Assembly: GCF_028641065.1 (NCBI RefSeq)
Contig: NC_073385.1
Span: forward strand, 49,166,001-49,230,000
Direction: 5' to 3'
Length of the DNA: 64,000 nt
Source of the DNA: Leucoraja erinacea
Lineage: Eukaryota
Within the stretch, counting starts at the first letter, position 1. Each line of letters begins with the position of its first letter. This document shows, piece by piece, positions 62,230-64,000 of this stretch. A model generated the notes under the pieces. The model did not search any database. It saw nothing but the letters and a program-made list of their open reading frames with translations, and was not told the DNA's origin. The translations under genes were made by a program, and so were the position numbers.

Positions 62230-62357
62230 TAGGAAGGAGCTGCAGATGCTGCTTTACTCGAAGAAAGACACAAAATGCTGGAGTAACTCAGCCGGACAGG
62301 CAGCATCTCTGGAGAGAAGGAATGGGTGATGTTTCAGGTCGAGACCCTTCTTCAGAC
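62230..62357 (-). mobile_element. PLE terminal-repeat insert
   Basis: GGAAGGAGCTGCAGATGCTG..GGGTGATGTTTCAGGTCGAGACCCTTCTTCAGAC; TGTTCTGT on both sides. Confidence 0.75.
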
Positions 62358-63009
62358 CCTTGTTCTGTTCTGACTTGCTCCTCTATCCATGCCTCTCATC
62401 ATTTCATATACTTTCATCAGCTTCCCTTCAACCTCTTTTGTAATTGTGTAGCTCTCTATTACAACAAAACAGCAACATCCTATATCCTGTCTTATCTTCT
62501 GTTCTGCATTTACTGTGGCAAAGTAACCCAAGTCACTTCGCAAGAGTATTATCAACAAAAAACAATATTGATCCATACATTGTGATTTCAGAGCAGGTGG
62601 CTAAAAACCAAATCTTAAGCATGGAAGATTTTAACAAGTCCCTTCAACAAGGGAATAAGGATAGAGATGAAGAGAGGTTTAGAGAGGGAACGGTGATCTT
62701 TTCTCAGGTGCTAATCATGGAGTAACTAAATTCAGAAATGATCAAAAGGAAAAAGAATGGCTACAATGTTGAAGGTTGTAGGGTGGTCTAAGAGCCGGGG
62801 AGAGGGGGATGGGGAGGGGAGGTAGTAGAGAGAGAGACTTGGAAATAAACATGACTGGTTATTTTAAATTGAGAAGTTATTGAACTGTAACGTAATACTA
62901 GAGGAACTCAGTGGGTCGGGCAGTGTCTGTGGAGGGAAATGGACAGAGGACAATCAGTATGATGAAGGTTCTTGCCTCAATCATGGTCTATCCATTTCCC
63001 TCTTGAATC

Positions 63010-63330
63010 AGAGAGTCTCTTGCCCAGAGTAAGGGAATCGAGGACCAGAGGACATATGTTTAAGGTGAAGGGGAAAATATTTAATTAGAATCTGAGGGGT
63101 AACCTTTTCACACAAAGGGTGGTGGGTGTATGGAACAAGCTGCCTGAGGAGGTAGTTGAGGCTGGGACTATCCCAATGCTTAAGAAACAGTTAGACAGGT
63201 ACATGGATAGAACAGGTTTGGAGGGATATGGGCCGAACACAGGCAGGTGGGACTCGTGCAGCTGGGATATGTTGGCCAGTGTGGACAAGTTGGGGTGAGG
63301 TGCCTGTTTCCACACTGTATGACTCTATGC
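63010..63330 (+). mobile_element. CR1 3' fragment of the subfamily sharing its tail with the V-SINEs
   Basis: GAGGACCAGAGGACAT..GGAACAAGCTGCC..GCCTGTTTCCACACTGTATGACTCTATG. Confidence 0.82.
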
Positions 63331-63794
63331 AGTCTGACCTGCTGAGTTCTTCCAGCAGATTGTTTTTACTCAAGATTCCAAGATCTGCAGTCTCTAGTAT
63401 CTTCAAGTTGCTGAACCATTGGACTTGATCTGGATTAGCAAACACATGGGTAGGGGCTTGGTAAAAGTCATGATGAAGGCTGAAAAACATTGAAGGACTT
63501 CATGGTTATGCAACCACATGTGACTCATCAATCACATTTCAAGAACTGTGAATGAGATAAAACCATGAATGTCCTGCTTCATACAAATATATAGAATGTA
63601 AAATAGTACAACACAGCAATGGTGCACAATGTTTGTGCCAAATAGGATGTCAGGTTAAGCTAATCTCTTTTGTTCAAGCTTCTTGTAGCTATCTGAACCC
63701 TGCAGTAATTTCATGCTCTAGTCCTGGTGATTTACCCTCTGATGTCCCATTAGGTGCATATTATGCACCTCCTGATGTGACATCTCCTTCAACA

Positions 63795-64000
63795 ATAGAA
63801 ACATAGAAATTAGGTGCAGGAGTAGGCCATTCGGCCCTTCGAGCCTGCACCGCCATTCAATATGATCATGGCTGATCATCCAACTCAGTATCCCGTACCT
63901 GCCTTCTCTCCATACCCCCTGATCCCCTTAGCCACAAGGGCCACATCTAACTCCCTCTTAAATATAGCCAATGAACTGGCCTCAACTACCCTCTGTGGCA
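63795..64000 (-). mobile_element. Young CR1 3' end, continuing beyond the window
   Basis: (CATAGAAA)n tail then GGTGCAGGAGTAGGCCATTCGGCCCTTCGAGCCTGCACCGCC. Confidence 0.9.

Overview
Eukaryotic (vertebrate) genomic DNA. The repeat content (V-SINE/HE1-type tRNA-derived SINEs, CR1 LINE tails, Neptune-type Penelope fragments) points to a cartilaginous fish, probably a skate or ray; this is an inference. The only host gene I can support is FUT8 (alpha-1,6-fucosyltransferase) on the minus strand. Its last four coding exons (52962-53208, 48659-48835, 44080-44230, 22675-23004) have canonical GT-AG junctions and join in frame; upstream exons were not found and presumably lie beyond 64000. The rest is intronic or intergenic and dominated by transposable elements: a near full-length frameshifted Rex1/Babar LINE, a decayed IR/DR Tc1 transposon, hAT-type non-autonomous elements, many CR1 and SINE copies, a bipartite RTE derivative, a Helitron-like element, and Penelope-like elements (PLEs). 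Most short ORFs in the supplied track are spurious. The most unusual signals are (i) GC-rich non-coding retroelements that share internal motifs but carry different LINE-type tails, (ii) small PLE-derived insertions and palindromes with minimal hammerhead-ribozyme motifs, and (iii) several nested insertions and 5'-junction reiterations. I found no prokaryotic system such as CRISPR or operons. Repeat boundaries are approximate unless target-site duplications (TSDs) or terminal inverted repeats (TIRs) are quoted.
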